A stretch of 64,000 nt of DNA from Piromyces finnis finn. Taxonomy: Eukaryota > Fungi > Neocallimastigomycota. A program made the translations under genes and the position numbers. A model generated the notes under the pieces. The model did not search any database, was not told the origin of the DNA, and was given only the letters and a program-made list of their open reading frames with translations. This document shows, in pieces, positions 1 to 13,144 of this stretch; within the stretch, counting starts at the first letter, position 1, and every line of letters starts with the position of its first letter. The stretch is taken from assembly GCA_002104945.1 (NCBI GenBank), contig MCFH01000017.1:800660-864659 (forward strand), given 5' to 3'.

Positions 1-124
1 TTTATTTGTTAATTATAAAACATATTTTATTTTATTTTAAATTTATTGTTTCATCATTATAATATAGAATTTATTATTTATTAAAAACATTATATTATTC
101 ACAAATATATCGGTCAACGCATCA
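1..124 (+). mobile_element. 3' end of putative solo LTR, family E (truncated by window start)
   Basis: Matches the last ~125 bp (...ATATCGGTCAACGCATCA) of the ~1.13-kb repeat at 1535-2681, 28585-29708, 29713-30850 and later copies. Confidence 0.75.
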
Positions 125-127
125 TTT

Positions 128-1461
128 TGATAAATAATGAAATTAATAAATATAAAATTATTATTATACCTGATTTTTAAGTTAATCCTAAAAGTAACTT
201 AAAACAAGTTATAGTTTAATTAAGTACTTTACCAAAATTCTTAAATAAAATTAATCCTAAACACTGCATATGTTTTGATTATTGAAAGAAAATAATAAAC
301 TTTAATTAATCGAGATCAAAATATATAACTTTTGTTAAATTAATTGTTAAATTAAATGTTTAATAACTTCGTTAGTAAATTACACTTTAAAAGTAAACAA
401 ATATAATAATTCATGTTATAAAATAATATAATTAAACACTTTTATTAAAATACTAAAAATAATTATTACTTTAATTAATTGTAAAATAAACAACTTTTTA
501 TATTCTTTAACTTTTAATTATTTCTTTTATTGTTATTTCTAATTACTTTTATTGTAAATAGTTATTAATTTTATTGTTTTAATGTAAATAGTTTAAATTC
601 AAAAGAAAATATAAATACATGTAAATATTCTTATTTTAATCATTATTATTATTATTAATAAAGAAATATTATATAGTTAGATTAATATTTTATAATTTTA
701 ATAATCACTTTTATACTTAAATAAATAAAAAATTTTAAATATTTAAATATTAGAAAAACAAGTGTTTCTAATAAAACAATTTAGTGTTTTAACAAAACAA
801 TTTTATTAATTTTTATAAAAACGATTTTAAATCTTAATCAATATAACTTATATAGTTATAACAAAAGATATAATATAATAATCACTTTTTGAAGTAAAAT
901 TCAAAATTAAGATTATTATCAAATTATATCAATTTTGTGATACGAAGAAGATATTATCTTAATTCTATAAATGAATATAGAAAGTGATAATATTTGTATC
1001 TAAAATTTAATAAATAAAAATAAATAAGAAAATAAAAATAGAATAAATGATTTTTATACTTGTTCATTTGCAAGTCTTTGTTAGTTTAAAATATAAAATT
1101 ATTTTATTTAATTATAAAGTTTTAATATTTAATAACTCTTGTATTATTAAATATATATATGTTATGGTTTAATACATCTTGAATGTATGTAAATATAATC
1201 ACAACTATTATTTTAATAAAATTTAATATTATTATCTAATTTTACTGGATTATTAGGAACATCTTTTAAAATAAAATAATTCTATCACTATTTATACAAA
1301 ATTATTATTTTAAAGTATAATTATAAACAAATATAAACTATTTAATTTAAAAATAAATAAACAATTAAATAGACAAAAAGTTTACATTTATAGCTTTTAA
1401 TTTAATAATTTTATACATGTTAATTATTTTAATTTTCAACTATCTGTGTTTTAATATTATA

Positions 1462-1500
<39 letters not shown>

Positions 1501-1532
1501 AATTCATAATTTATAAATTTAATTATTTATCA
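128..1532. mobile_element. Putative solo LTR or MITE-like element (H) with 11-bp terminal inverted repeat
   Basis: Starts TGATAAATAAT and ends ATTATTTATCA (perfect inverted pair, TG...CA), wedged between two family-E copies. Only one copy in the window; no internal ORF. Confidence 0.4.
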
Positions 1533-1534
1533 TT

Positions 1535-2681
1535 TGAAATACGCTACTCATATAAAAACATAATAAAAACTAACTGAACAAACATGACTTAACCCATAGT
1601 AACTTATAATAAAAATAAACGATAATAATCCTTAAAAATGAATGAATAATAATTTTATGAAAATATAACCCTTTCTTAAATAAATAATATTATCTTTATT
1701 ATATAATAAATTCTGAGTAAAAACGACCTAATAGTGATAATAATAAAATAAATTATTAAATAAAATAAATTATTAAATAAAATAAATTATTAAATAAAAT
1801 AAAACGACTTAATCCAATAATGTACTAAAATAATAAAATAATAATAAATAAATAAAAATGAATAAATAAACTAAAAAAAATAAAATGGTATACATCAAAT
1901 TATTAATTCTAGTGTTTATCCAAGTGTTCTATAGAAATTCTTTTAAACTTATAAATCAATAAATAACTAATTGAGTAATTATTACTAAAATGATAAACTT
2001 AAAACCTGGAAATAGAACAATAATAACAATTCCAAAGATAAAATACAGAACTCTTTTATGTTTCTGTATAAAATGAGTGTTTATAATAATTGATACTTTT
2101 AATATTTTAATTTTGTTAAATTTTTATTTTAATTTTATTTTAATTTTATTTTAATATTATTTTAATTTTAAATTTTAATTATTTTATTCAAGGTATTATA
2201 CATTTAATGATAGTCAATGATAATTTATAATAATTTTTCTAAATTTAAACATTTTGAAGTAATAAGAAAATCAAATAAGTAATATTCTATAATATTTTAT
2301 AATACTAAGACATAATTTTAATTTATTCTTTTAATTTTAATAAATAATAACAATAGTAATAATAACATTTAATAGTTAAAAATAATAATACATGTAATAA
2401 ATGAAAATGTATAAAAGGAAGATAAAATTCTTCTTTATAAAGGGCGGACAATAAATAGAGAATAAAAAGACCATAAACAGATAATAAATAAATTATAAAA
2501 TATAATAAAGATTTAATTTAAAACATAATAAGAGTTTATTTTCGAGTTTTGAGTGATTTATTTGTTAATTATAAAACATATTTTTATTTTATTTTAAATT
2601 TATTGTTCCATCAAAATAATATAGAATTTATTATTTATTAAAAACATTATATTATTCAAAAATATATCGGTCAACGCATCA
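1535..2681 (+). mobile_element. Putative solo LTR, family E (~1.15 kb)
   Basis: Slightly diverged copy of the TGATACGCTACTCA...GGTCAACGCATCA repeat that recurs six times at 28.6-47.6 kb. TG...CA ends and an internal TATAAAAG...TCTTT motif like LTRs B and C. No associated internal region in the window. Confidence 0.65.
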
Positions 2682-2728
2682 TTTGGAATAACGGATTAGT
2701 AGTTATATTACAATTTTTTAACTTCTTC

Positions 2729-3292
2729 TGTTACCTTATATTGTTTTATCTCGACAGCTATTGTATGATTTTTAACAATATCTATTTGTTTTATTAATTT
2801 TATTTTAAGCTATTTTATAATATTTATAGTTTTATTATTTTATAATATTTATATAGAATAATAACACCAGATTTATTCTATAAAATATTATTTATTTTCA
2901 ACACAATAATTACAAAAAATTAAACAAGTTTAATTTCGTTTTTATATTTTCTTTTATTTATTGTTTTTACACTCTTTTTAACAATAATTTTTATTATATA
3001 AAAACTTATTTTTGTCTTTTAAATATTAGTATGTATTAACTAATTAATTATATTAACTATTATTAAAATTTAACTTATTATTAATAGTCAAAGTCTTCCC
3101 ATTTTCTACTAAAAAATATTATTATTCTTTATATTAAAAATGATTTTTATAATATATAAATTTATAAAATATTTGATTTTATGTAAATTATATTTTTGTA
3201 CTAAACTATATAAAATTATTTAATAATTATTTTTATAATAAAATATTCTACTAATATCAAATTTATAATATATTTATAATTATTATTTATCA
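2729..3292 (+). mobile_element. Putative solo LTR, family F (~560 bp)
   Basis: TGTTACCTTATATTG...ATTATTTATCA; homologous to 34724-35284 and the equivalent copies in the tandem array. Confidence 0.6.
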
Positions 3293-4329
3293 TTTAAAGA
3301 ATAAAACTAATAGAAAATATTACATCTAGTATATACTTTTTTCAATTTATAAAGGATTAGATAATTGTAATTTTAACATTTTGAAGAAGATTAAATATGC
3401 AACATTTTACCCTACGAAGTTTCATTTATTTTAATCTATTCCTCCAATTTAACAGCAATAATAATATTAATTCTATTTAATTATTAAAAATAACATTAAG
3501 TGTAATAAAAGAAAAAAATAAAAAAAAAAGAAAGTAAAAAAAGAAAATATAAATAATTTTTTAACTTTTAATTAATAAAATGCAAAGTAATACATATTTT
3601 TAGGAAAGTTATTAATTATTTATATTTTTTTTTATATTTCATTGTTTTATTAAATTATATTTAATCCACCATGTACCATTTTTAACAAATAGTATTATTA
3701 CTCAAATTCAAAATTCAGAAGTAAAAAATAATTGAATTTAAAAATTAAATCCTGATATATTTATTAAGTCAATTTGTTGGAACTAGAGGTAAATATTCTA
3801 ACTACTTTGTTTTTAAGAAACAACTTTTTTTAATGTTAACTTTAAAAGGGTTAAATTAATAAATTTTTTAATTTTAAATAACCATAGCCATAACCCTTTT
3901 CAATAATTTTGTTTTAGTTTTAGACTTTATATTTTCTTGCATTTATTATAGTTAAGTTTTTGAATATTTTAAAGTATAAAAAAGAAATAAATATGTATAA
4001 ATTTCAATTACATAAATCGATCCTTTCTTTTTAATTAACAATCATTGTAATTATTCTTTATTTCTATTAACATATTAATTTGAAGAAAAAAAAAAACTAT
4101 TATAAAATATTTTATTGTAGTGAAGAATATTATTTTTGTTAAAACAATGCATTAATTATTAAAAGTTTTCAAATTAAAACCCTTCAAATTTCATTTCTGA
4201 TTACTTTATTATTTTATAATTTGTATATTAAGAAAATTTAATAATAATTTTTTGTTAGTAAAAAAATACAAAAAAGAAAAAAAAAACTAGTAATATCTTA
4301 TTAATAATATTGAACGTTTCGATTAAACT

Positions 4330-4363
<34 letters not shown>

Positions 4364-4841
4364 GCATTTTTTATATAACATTTACTTCATTTTATTTAGA
4401 ATCAGTTAATAAAAGAATCTTTTTTTTTTTTTTAAAAGTTGAAAATCTTATTAAAATATTATTAAGAAACCTTTTTATTTTAAAATTTACCGCATTATAA
4501 AAAATCGTATATAAATAAATGTTTTAAAGAATTTATATAAAAATTTTATTTAAACTATTTATTGAAATTAAAATTATTTTGAAATTTCAAAATTTGGAAT
4601 TAATAGTACATTAATAGAATTGTTAATTATAAATATATATAAATTAATAGGTAAATATGATATTGATGATTACTTTATTTTTTTTTCTATAATATTCTAA
4701 CTTAATGATGGATAAGATAATAATTATTTGTTTATTATTATTGTTATTATTACTTTATATTTTTATTATATTATATATATATATATATTATTTTGTTTTT
4801 TTTGAAATTATTTTTTTTTCTTTATTCTATTGGTATTGATT

Positions 4842-5708
4842 TTAATTTAAAACTAAACTTAATATCAAAAGAAAGTAGATTATTGCTTTTGCAAATGACT
4901 GGGATGAAATATTATCACCAGAATTATGATTGTAATAATTATCTTCACAAACATCGAAACATTGGTTAGAAATACAATCTAAATCATCATAGCAAATTTG
5001 ATTAGAAGCTAAAGCACAATTAATATGGGATTGATGTACACCTAATTCAGCAACAACGCAATTATAAATTGGATCAGAATCATCAACTAAACAAATTCCT
5101 TCACTACATTGGTTGGTAAAGCAATCAGAATTACTCTTACATTTTGGAAGATTCTTATTCTTATCATCCTTTACAGTTTGATAACTGTCAATAATTAAAT
5201 TAGGACTATTGGCAGAATCGAAACTTTCGAGTATGGATACACAACCGTTAATTTTATTACAAAAAAAATCCATATCGCAAACACCAATATCAATTTCATA
5301 ATCATAAGTACATCCTCTACTGTAATCTGGACATTGGGAATCGTCTGAACAAGAAATTCTTATTAATAAAAAGTAATAAATAATACATTTATTAATAAAA
5401 TTTAATATATTAATATATTAATATTAATATTACAATATTTGTTTTAATAATAAAACTCGAAAAATAAAAAATAAAAATTAAATTGGTGAATTTCTTAAGA
5501 GGTAGAAATTGATTAAAATTTTAAATTGTACATAGACTTAATTTATAAATTTATATATCGACTATATTTACATTGGCAATTTCTTAACATCTTCAAGTCT
5601 GAACTCTGGAAAAACTTTATAGTCAGTGGTATTAGTAAATGAACTAGCACCTACTAAGGAAAGACCAATGCATTGTAATGAGAATATAATTTTGTATCCA
5701 AATTTCAT
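4842..5708 (-). CDS. Secreted/surface Cys-rich protein, ~217 aa; 2 exons (5708-5572, 5358-4842)
   Basis: Exon 1 encodes the signal-like MKFGYKIIFSLQCIGLSLVGAS. A GT..AG intron (5571-5359) joins it in frame to ORF 4842-5273. Repeated CxxxxDC/C-x4-C motifs and a hydrophobic C-terminal tail (possible GPI or TM anchor). Confidence 0.8.
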
Positions 5709-7910
5709 TTTAATTTTTATATTTATATTGTATATAATTAATAAATATTATAATTTATTTTATAATATTTATCGTTATTTATTGTTATTTATTATTATTG
5801 TATATATAGATGTATTTCCTTTTTTTTTTTTTTTTTTTAAATTCTTTTTATTATAAATATAAAAAGTTTTTTTTTTTTAAAGTACTTTGAATTGCCTATT
5901 TTTAAAACAAATTTTTGTGGATGAAATTTTTACACATGACCCAAATTTAAATATAAAATAAGATTTATTAATTCTTTTTTTTTTTTTTTTTTCAACTTAT
6001 TATTATTAATATTTTAAAAAACGATGAATATTATTCCAAAGGCAATCTAAATATACTTTATAAAATATTATTTTCTTTTTTCTTTTTATTACTATTATCA
6101 AATGAGTAGTATGGAATTAATTAAAAGTAATTACCGCCGTTTAATAGTATAGAAGGAATGAGTTATTAAAGTCATCTTCCCTTTTAACTTTTATTTAAAA
6201 ATAGTAATTCAACCAATAAATATTAAAATTAATTATTTATCGAAAACTTTAATTATTATGAAAAGTTTTTTTAATCAAAAAGATAATTATTAGTTACTAT
6301 ATATTACTTATTACTTATTACTATGTATATATGCATATATTACTTTCAGTACATTAAAAATTGGTAAAAACTTCTATGTGAAAGTCATGATATATATATA
6401 TATATTTTAATGTAACCAAAATAATAATGTAAAAATAATATATATTATATAAGAAATTGAGATAATTTTATTTATTTATTATTATATTATTATTATCATA
6501 AAATATTTTATATCTAATACATATTTAAAACATAAAATGGACAAATAAAGGAACATAAAAATTAACAATAATAGTAGCAATAAAAATAATAACAATAATC
6601 ATTAATATTAATTATTTATATATTTAACGAAAAAATGATGATTTTGATATATAAAAATAACTTTTTTTTTTAAAATACTATTCTATGTTATACCATAATA
6701 TTACTATACTGTTAATTTTTAAAAATAAAAATTCAATTCATTTTAGATTTTAAGAGTATTCAACATAAACTATTTATTTTGTTTATGTAAAATATTCACT
6801 AATTATTCCAATAGAGAGAGTATTCATAAGTAAATGTTTCATAATTTTTTTTTCTTGAAAATTCTATCATTATGGCTGATAATTCTTTTTTACATTTAAA
6901 AAAGTTTATCATACATTTTATAAATATTTTAGTATTATTTATAAAATATTTATTATGCTTTTTTAGAAAATCATATTTTATAATTACTTTTAATATCTCT
7001 TTTAAAATCATATTCTTATAATTACTTTTAATATCTCTTTTTAAAATCATATTTTTATAAAAGTTTTTTTTTTTTTTTTTTCATAAAAACTATAAAAAAA
7101 GAAAATGTTGGAATATGTATTATACATTAAAAGATTAGTTATTATTTTCATTTTTAATTATAAACAAATAAAGTGTTTTTAAATATTCATTTTTAACAAT
7201 AAACATATTTTAAGTATTATCTTTTCAATTATTTGTAGTGAAATTTTATGATCAAAAACATTTAACGTTTCATTTGTTCTAATAGTATATTATATATTAT
7301 GAATAACACTTTTAATGAATTAGAATATTTAAATAGAATATATTGTTTGCATCTAATTGTTAGCTCACTTCATATAAAAAAAAGCGTTTTTTAACTATTA
7401 TTTTTGGTAAAAAATAATTGATCAATAAACCTAAAAAAGTTTAAAAATTCTTTTAATTTTTGTACTTGACCTTTTTTTTGATCAAAAAATTTTAAATTAT
7501 TTTTTTTTTTACTTAACTTTTATATTAAAAATTTATGGCTTTAATAATTTTTTAATTCTATTTATATATAAATATTATATTTATAAATATTAAAATTATG
7601 GCACGAAATTAAAAAATGAATTTAATTTTTCTATTATTAATTATTTTTTTTCTCTGTATATTAAAAAAACGCCATCTAAAATATAAGATGCATTTTTAAT
7701 GAACTTTGAAATTAAATAATTATATAGTAAGTGTAATAAACTCATTTTTCTATATATATATATAAGGATAAAAATATTCCATTTTTTTTTCTTATAATTA
7801 TTATATTTTATAGAAAAAATAAATTATAAAAAAAAAATATATATTTATATATAAAAAAATACATATATACATAACAATTTTATTTGAAACAAATATTTTT
7901 AACATTTAAA

Positions 7911-10153
7911 ATGCTATCTTGTATTAATAATCAAATGGTTAATAAAGTTGCTAAAAATTCTGGTATTATAACCAGTATTAGCAAATTATCAACTATTAAG
8001 AAAGTTCAAAATAATGAAAGGTACTTTTTTTTTTTTTATTTTTCTTGTCTTTAATAAAAATAATAATATATATAATTAAATTTAAATATTATATATATAC
8101 ATATTTTAATGTAATAAAATTATTTTATTATATTTTATATAAAGAATGTTAAATATCAACATTCGACCAAAGGAATCAAATATGATAAAGTTTTATCAAA
8201 ACATGAAATTAAGCACAGCTTCTTCTTTTCAAACATACCAAGAAAATGAAGAAAATGAAGAAAATTCCTTTATTGGAATGACTGGTGCTGAAATTATACA
8301 TGAAATGTTAAAACTTCATAATGTAAAACATATTTTTGGATACTCTGGTAGTGCAATTCTTTCATTAATGGATGTTATTTTTAAAAATAAACAAATTGAT
8401 TTTATTGTACCAAGACATGAACAAGGTGCTGGTCATATGGCTGAAGGTTACGCTCGTGCAAGGTATTTTTATGTTATTGTTTTTTTTTAAAAAAATATTA
8501 TAATAATTTTAGATTTTTAAATTCATGGATATCATTCATTCTAATAATATTCATTATGATTATAATTAATTTTTAAATATATAAAGTGGTAAAGTTGGAG
8601 TTGCTATTGTTACTTCAGGTCCAGGCGCAACTAACATTATTACACCTTTACAGGATGCTTACTCTGATGGTATTCCAATGGTTGTATTTTCAGGTCAAGT
8701 TCCAAGTACCTCTATTGGTAGTGACGCTTTTCAGGAAGCTGATGTCGTTGGCATTAGTAGATCTTGCACTAAATGGAATTGTATGGTTAAAGATATTAAT
8801 GAATTACCAAAAAGAATAAATGAAGCCTTTTATATAGCAACTTCAGGAAGACCAGGCCCAGTTTTAATTGATTTACCAAAAGATATTACTAGTAGTATAT
8901 TAAAAAAACCAATTAATGAAATGAATGTTCGTATTCCTACTATTAAGTCTTTAACTCAAATAAGAGAAAATAATATCAATATTATTGAACGAGCTTCTAA
9001 ACTTATTAATAATGCTAAAAGACCTCTTATTTATGCTGGTGCTGGTCTTTTGAATCATCCAGATGGTCCAAAGATTTTAAATGAATTAGTTGAAAAGGCT
9101 AATATCCCAGTAACTACTACACTTCAAGGTTTGGGGGTTTATGATGAAAATAAACCATTAGCTCTTCATATGCTTGGTATGCACGGAAGTGTTTATGCTA
9201 ACCTTTCTATTCAAAAGGCTGATGTTATTATTGCTCTTGGTGCAAGATTTGATGATCGTGTTACTGGTAATATTGAAAAGTTTGCTCCAATGGCTAAGAA
9301 AGCTGCATTAGAAAATAGAGGTGGTATTATTCATTTTGAAATTATGGAAAAAAACATTAATAAGGTTATTAATACTACTGAGGCTATTACTGGTGATGTT
9401 ACTGAAAACCTTAAAACAATGTTACCGATGATTAAAAGAAAGAAAAGAACCGAATGGATAAATACTATTAATTATTTGAAAAAAAAATATCCATTTTCTT
9501 ATCAGAAATCAGAACCTGGAAAGCCTATTAAACCTCAAGAGGTAATTGAAGAACTTAATAGACAATTAGAAGAAAAAAAGAATGATGTTATCATTTGTAC
9601 TGGGGTTGGTCAACACCAAATGTGGACTGCACAATATTACCGATGGAAAACACCACATTCTCTTATATCTTCTGGTGGTTTAGGTACTATGGGTTTCGGT
9701 CTTCCATCATGTATTGGTGCTAAGATTGCTAAACCAGAAAAAATGGTAATAGATATTGATGGTGATTCGTCATTTTCAATGACTTTATCAGAATTAGCTT
9801 CTGTTAGTCAATATCATATTGGTGTAAAAATTTTACTTTTAAATAATCATTATCAAGGAATGGTTAAACAATGGCAAGATTTATTCTTTGATGAACGACA
9901 TTCAGGAACAAAAATGATTCATCCAGATTTTGTCAAAGTTGCAGAAGCGATGAACTTAAAAGGAATGCGATGTACCGATATAAATGATTTACCAGATAAA
10001 ATAAAAGAGTTTATTGAAACAGATAAACCTGTTTTACTTGAAATCTGCGTTGAAAAAGACGAACATGTTTTACCAATGGTACCAACTGGTAATGGTTTAG
10101 ATGAAATGGAATTAGGAAGTAGAAGTATTGATAAAGAAGATATAATGATGTAG
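7911..10153 (+). CDS. ILV2: Acetolactate synthase catalytic subunit, ~664 aa; 3 exons (7911-8020, 8145-8462, 8587-10153)
   Basis: GT..AG introns splice in frame to give [76 protein letters not shown] and the ThDP-binding GDxS...NN motif. Confidence 0.95.
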
Positions 10154-10963
10154 AAAAAAAGTTATCCAAATAATCTTTTTTTATAAAGAATATATAAAAA
10201 TTTATATAAAATAAATAATAATTATATAGATTGGTAAAGAACACATAATATATATATTTATATTATTTTTTAAAAACAACCAAAAAAAAATATCAGTAAT
10301 ATATAAAAAGTAATATATAGTAAACAAAAACAAAAACAAAAACAAAAATAAAAACAAAATAAAAAAAAAAAAATAAAATAAAAGATCAACCAAAAAACAT
10401 AATAAATTTATGTTTTTAATATAAAATAAATGATATTTAAATTTTAATAAATCTATTATAGAAGTTACACCTTATTATTATATAAGGTAAATAATATTTA
10501 AATAAAAATAATATTTAAAATATAAAGAATAATGCCCATTCTAAATTGATATATTATAATTAATTATCTTTTTTTTAATATATATGTAAGATTCTAAATT
10601 ATAAAAAAAACTATTTTATTATTATTTATTATATATTAATATTATTAAATGACAAAAATAAAAAATAAATAAACAGAAATTTTAAAGTAATATAAAATCA
10701 TTAATCTTATAAAGATTAAATAATTTATATCTATAGATGATACTTTTTTTTTTTTTTTTAGGGTCTAAAAACAAATCAATATTAAAATAATATTTTATAA
10801 ACTATATTTAAAATAGAAATATTTTATTTATTATTATTTTTTTAATAATAAATGAATTATAATTTTTATAAAAAATAGGGATTGGGTTTAATTTACTTTT
10901 TTATTTTTGGCAAGCTGATGAATTTAAAATATTATACCATATGAAATAACAAAATTTTTAATA

Positions 10964-11036
10964 TGCGAAGTGTGAGGTTCGAACTCACGACCTTAAGATT
11001 ATGAGACTTACGCGCTGCCGACTGCGCCAACTTCGC
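10964..11036 (-). tRNA. tRNA-Met(CAU), elongator type
   Basis: Reverse complement GCGAAGTTGGCGCAGTCGGCAGCGCGTAAGTCTCATAATCTTAAGGTCGTGAGTTCGAACCTCACACTTCGCA folds as a cloverleaf with anticodon loop CT-CAT-AA and a GTTCGA T-loop. Confidence 0.95.
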
Positions 11037-11046
11037 AATAACCATT

Positions 11047-11128
11047 CGTCACCTGCAGGACTCGAACCTGCGCTCCCAAAGGGAAATGGCTTAGCAGGCC
11101 ACCGCGTTAACCACTCCGCCAAAGTGAC
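11047..11128 (-). tRNA. tRNA-Ser(GCU)
   Basis: 82-nt cloverleaf with long variable arm, anticodon loop CT-GCT-AA, GTTCGAG T-loop and G discriminator. Confidence 0.95.
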
Positions 11129-11192
11129 AAGTTATTTAATGTATGTAATAATTCCATTATAAATTATTATATAATAGAATTATTAACTACAA

Positions 11193-12226
11193 TGTAAAAG
11201 TTTTACTAAACTTATAATTTAATATTAAAATATTAAATTAAATAAAAGGTTAAAAGATAACTAGGTTAGAAAAAAAAATGTTTTATTAAAATAATCTTAA
11301 TTGATTTATAAATGAATAATTATATTATGTATTATAGTTAAAATAATTCCTTTTTATTTTATTTAAAGAATATATATAATAATAAGATTATTTAATAGTA
11401 ATACTTATTAAGTATTAATAAGATAATAATCTTTACAAAGATTTAATTCATAAAACTATTCTAAACTATTTATACTATTTGTAATTTTACATTTAATAAT
11501 AAAATAACTTTTCAATACATGATTATATTCATAATATATTTTATAATACTTAAACTAAACTTAAGACTTATTCCTAATTATTAAAAAATAACTATTGTTT
11601 ATAATATTCATAATATTAATTATTTCTTAATTATAATATAATTCATTGAATATAATATTAATAATTATAATCCTCTAGTTCAAAGATTATAAATTATGTT
11701 ATTGAAATAATTATTATAAAATAAAGTTAATTAGTTCCGGAAAATAATTTTAATTTAATTAAACAATAATTTTTTATACTTTGAGTGAATGATTTATGTT
11801 TGATATATCAGGGGTGATCATTCTCTGAATAAACAATTAATCATTGCTAACAAAATATCTTTAAATTGGAATATCTCGTGAACCAGCAGAGATATTGACC
11901 TGATTTTAAGATATGTTGTTTGTCTCGAGCGTGGCTTTCTAACGAACTTAATTATAACCAAAATATTATTATTCAAAAATCGTCATTCGTTGAGGAGATA
12001 CGCGTGTTTTTTCTTATTCCATTTTAACGATAAGGGTTAAAGTTATTTATTATAAAAATTATTAAGGGTTAAGGTCATATTTTAACCTTTTCTAAATTTT
12101 TAAATATTTCTTAATAAAATTTTATAATTTATTTGAAAATAAAATATTTGTTGATTTTGAATTTCCATAAGTGATTTCACAATTCCAAGTGATCTTGAAA
12201 TTGTAATTTCACTAGTATTCGTGACA
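11193..12226 (-). repeat. 3' LTR of element 1 (family A)
   Basis: TG...CA; matches 17832-17904 plus 23476-24436. Confidence 0.95.
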
Positions 12227-13144
12227 TCGCTCCGCCAAAAAAAATCGAATACCAGGCGATTGAAATAATATAAAATAAAGTTGTATAATAAAGTATAATT
12301 GAAATAAATTGAAGTAGTATATATTAAATATAAACCAATATATAGTTGTATGTGTAACATAAAATAAAATGGTAACTAAATAAAGAATATATTTAATATA
12401 ATATATTGAATATATTGCAATATATGAAATAAAATTAAAAAACATTTTCTTGTGTAACATTCAGTCAAATTCATAAAATTTTTGAAAGAAATGTTGAAAT
12501 TTAAATTGATCATTGAGTGAAAAAATTGAAATTCGTACGAAAAATTAAAATTTGAATAAGAAATATTATTCCTAGGATATTGAAACACTTTTTATTTTTG
12601 AAAAATGTTAACATTTGCTAAAATAATTGAAATTTCAAAAATTGATCAAATAAACTTTAATTAATATGATTTTGAAAAAAAAAAATTTTTGAAATTTTTG
12701 AAAAATTTTTAATAATAAAAAATTTTTTCATTAAATACAAAAAAATTTTGAACTAAACTTTTTGAAAAAATGTCACTGAAGACTATTGATTTTAATGATC
12801 GATCGAGATGGTGACAATATTGAAATTGATACTATTGAATAGAGAATAAAATAAGCATTAACAACATATAAATATTTGTAATTGTACTGCTAAAATAAAT
12901 TGAAAATTATTCTCTTTAAATATTTAATTTTCATTATAAAAATTTTGTGTTTTAAATTAAATAAATTGATAAAATTGTTGGATCAAAAATTATTGAATTG
13001 AAATTTAACATTCATAGAAAAAATTTTTGAAATTTGTGTTGAAATGTATTAGATGAGTAATACAAATTATAATAAAACATAATGTTAGTGAAAGATATTA
13101 ATAAATTTTTAAAAAATAAAATTGTTGAAATGCAATTTAAAGAA

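Noticed and set aside
5626-7050. Short ORFs 5626-5856 and 6799-7050, and similar ones at 10011-10393, 12100-12588, 57224-57484 and 60294-60816
   Set aside because: Low-complexity F/I/L/Y/K/N products expected from very AT-rich DNA, or antisense/off-frame shadows of real genes and LTRs.
6965-7060. ~39-bp direct repeat, and the (AAAAAC)n run near 10322-10355
   Set aside because: Simple slippage duplications in AT-rich intergenic DNA with no sign of function.
11177-11190. GAATTATTAACTAC next to the element 1 target resembling the 14-bp repeat in LTR A
   Set aside because: An AT-only 12-mer match is expected by chance in this base composition.
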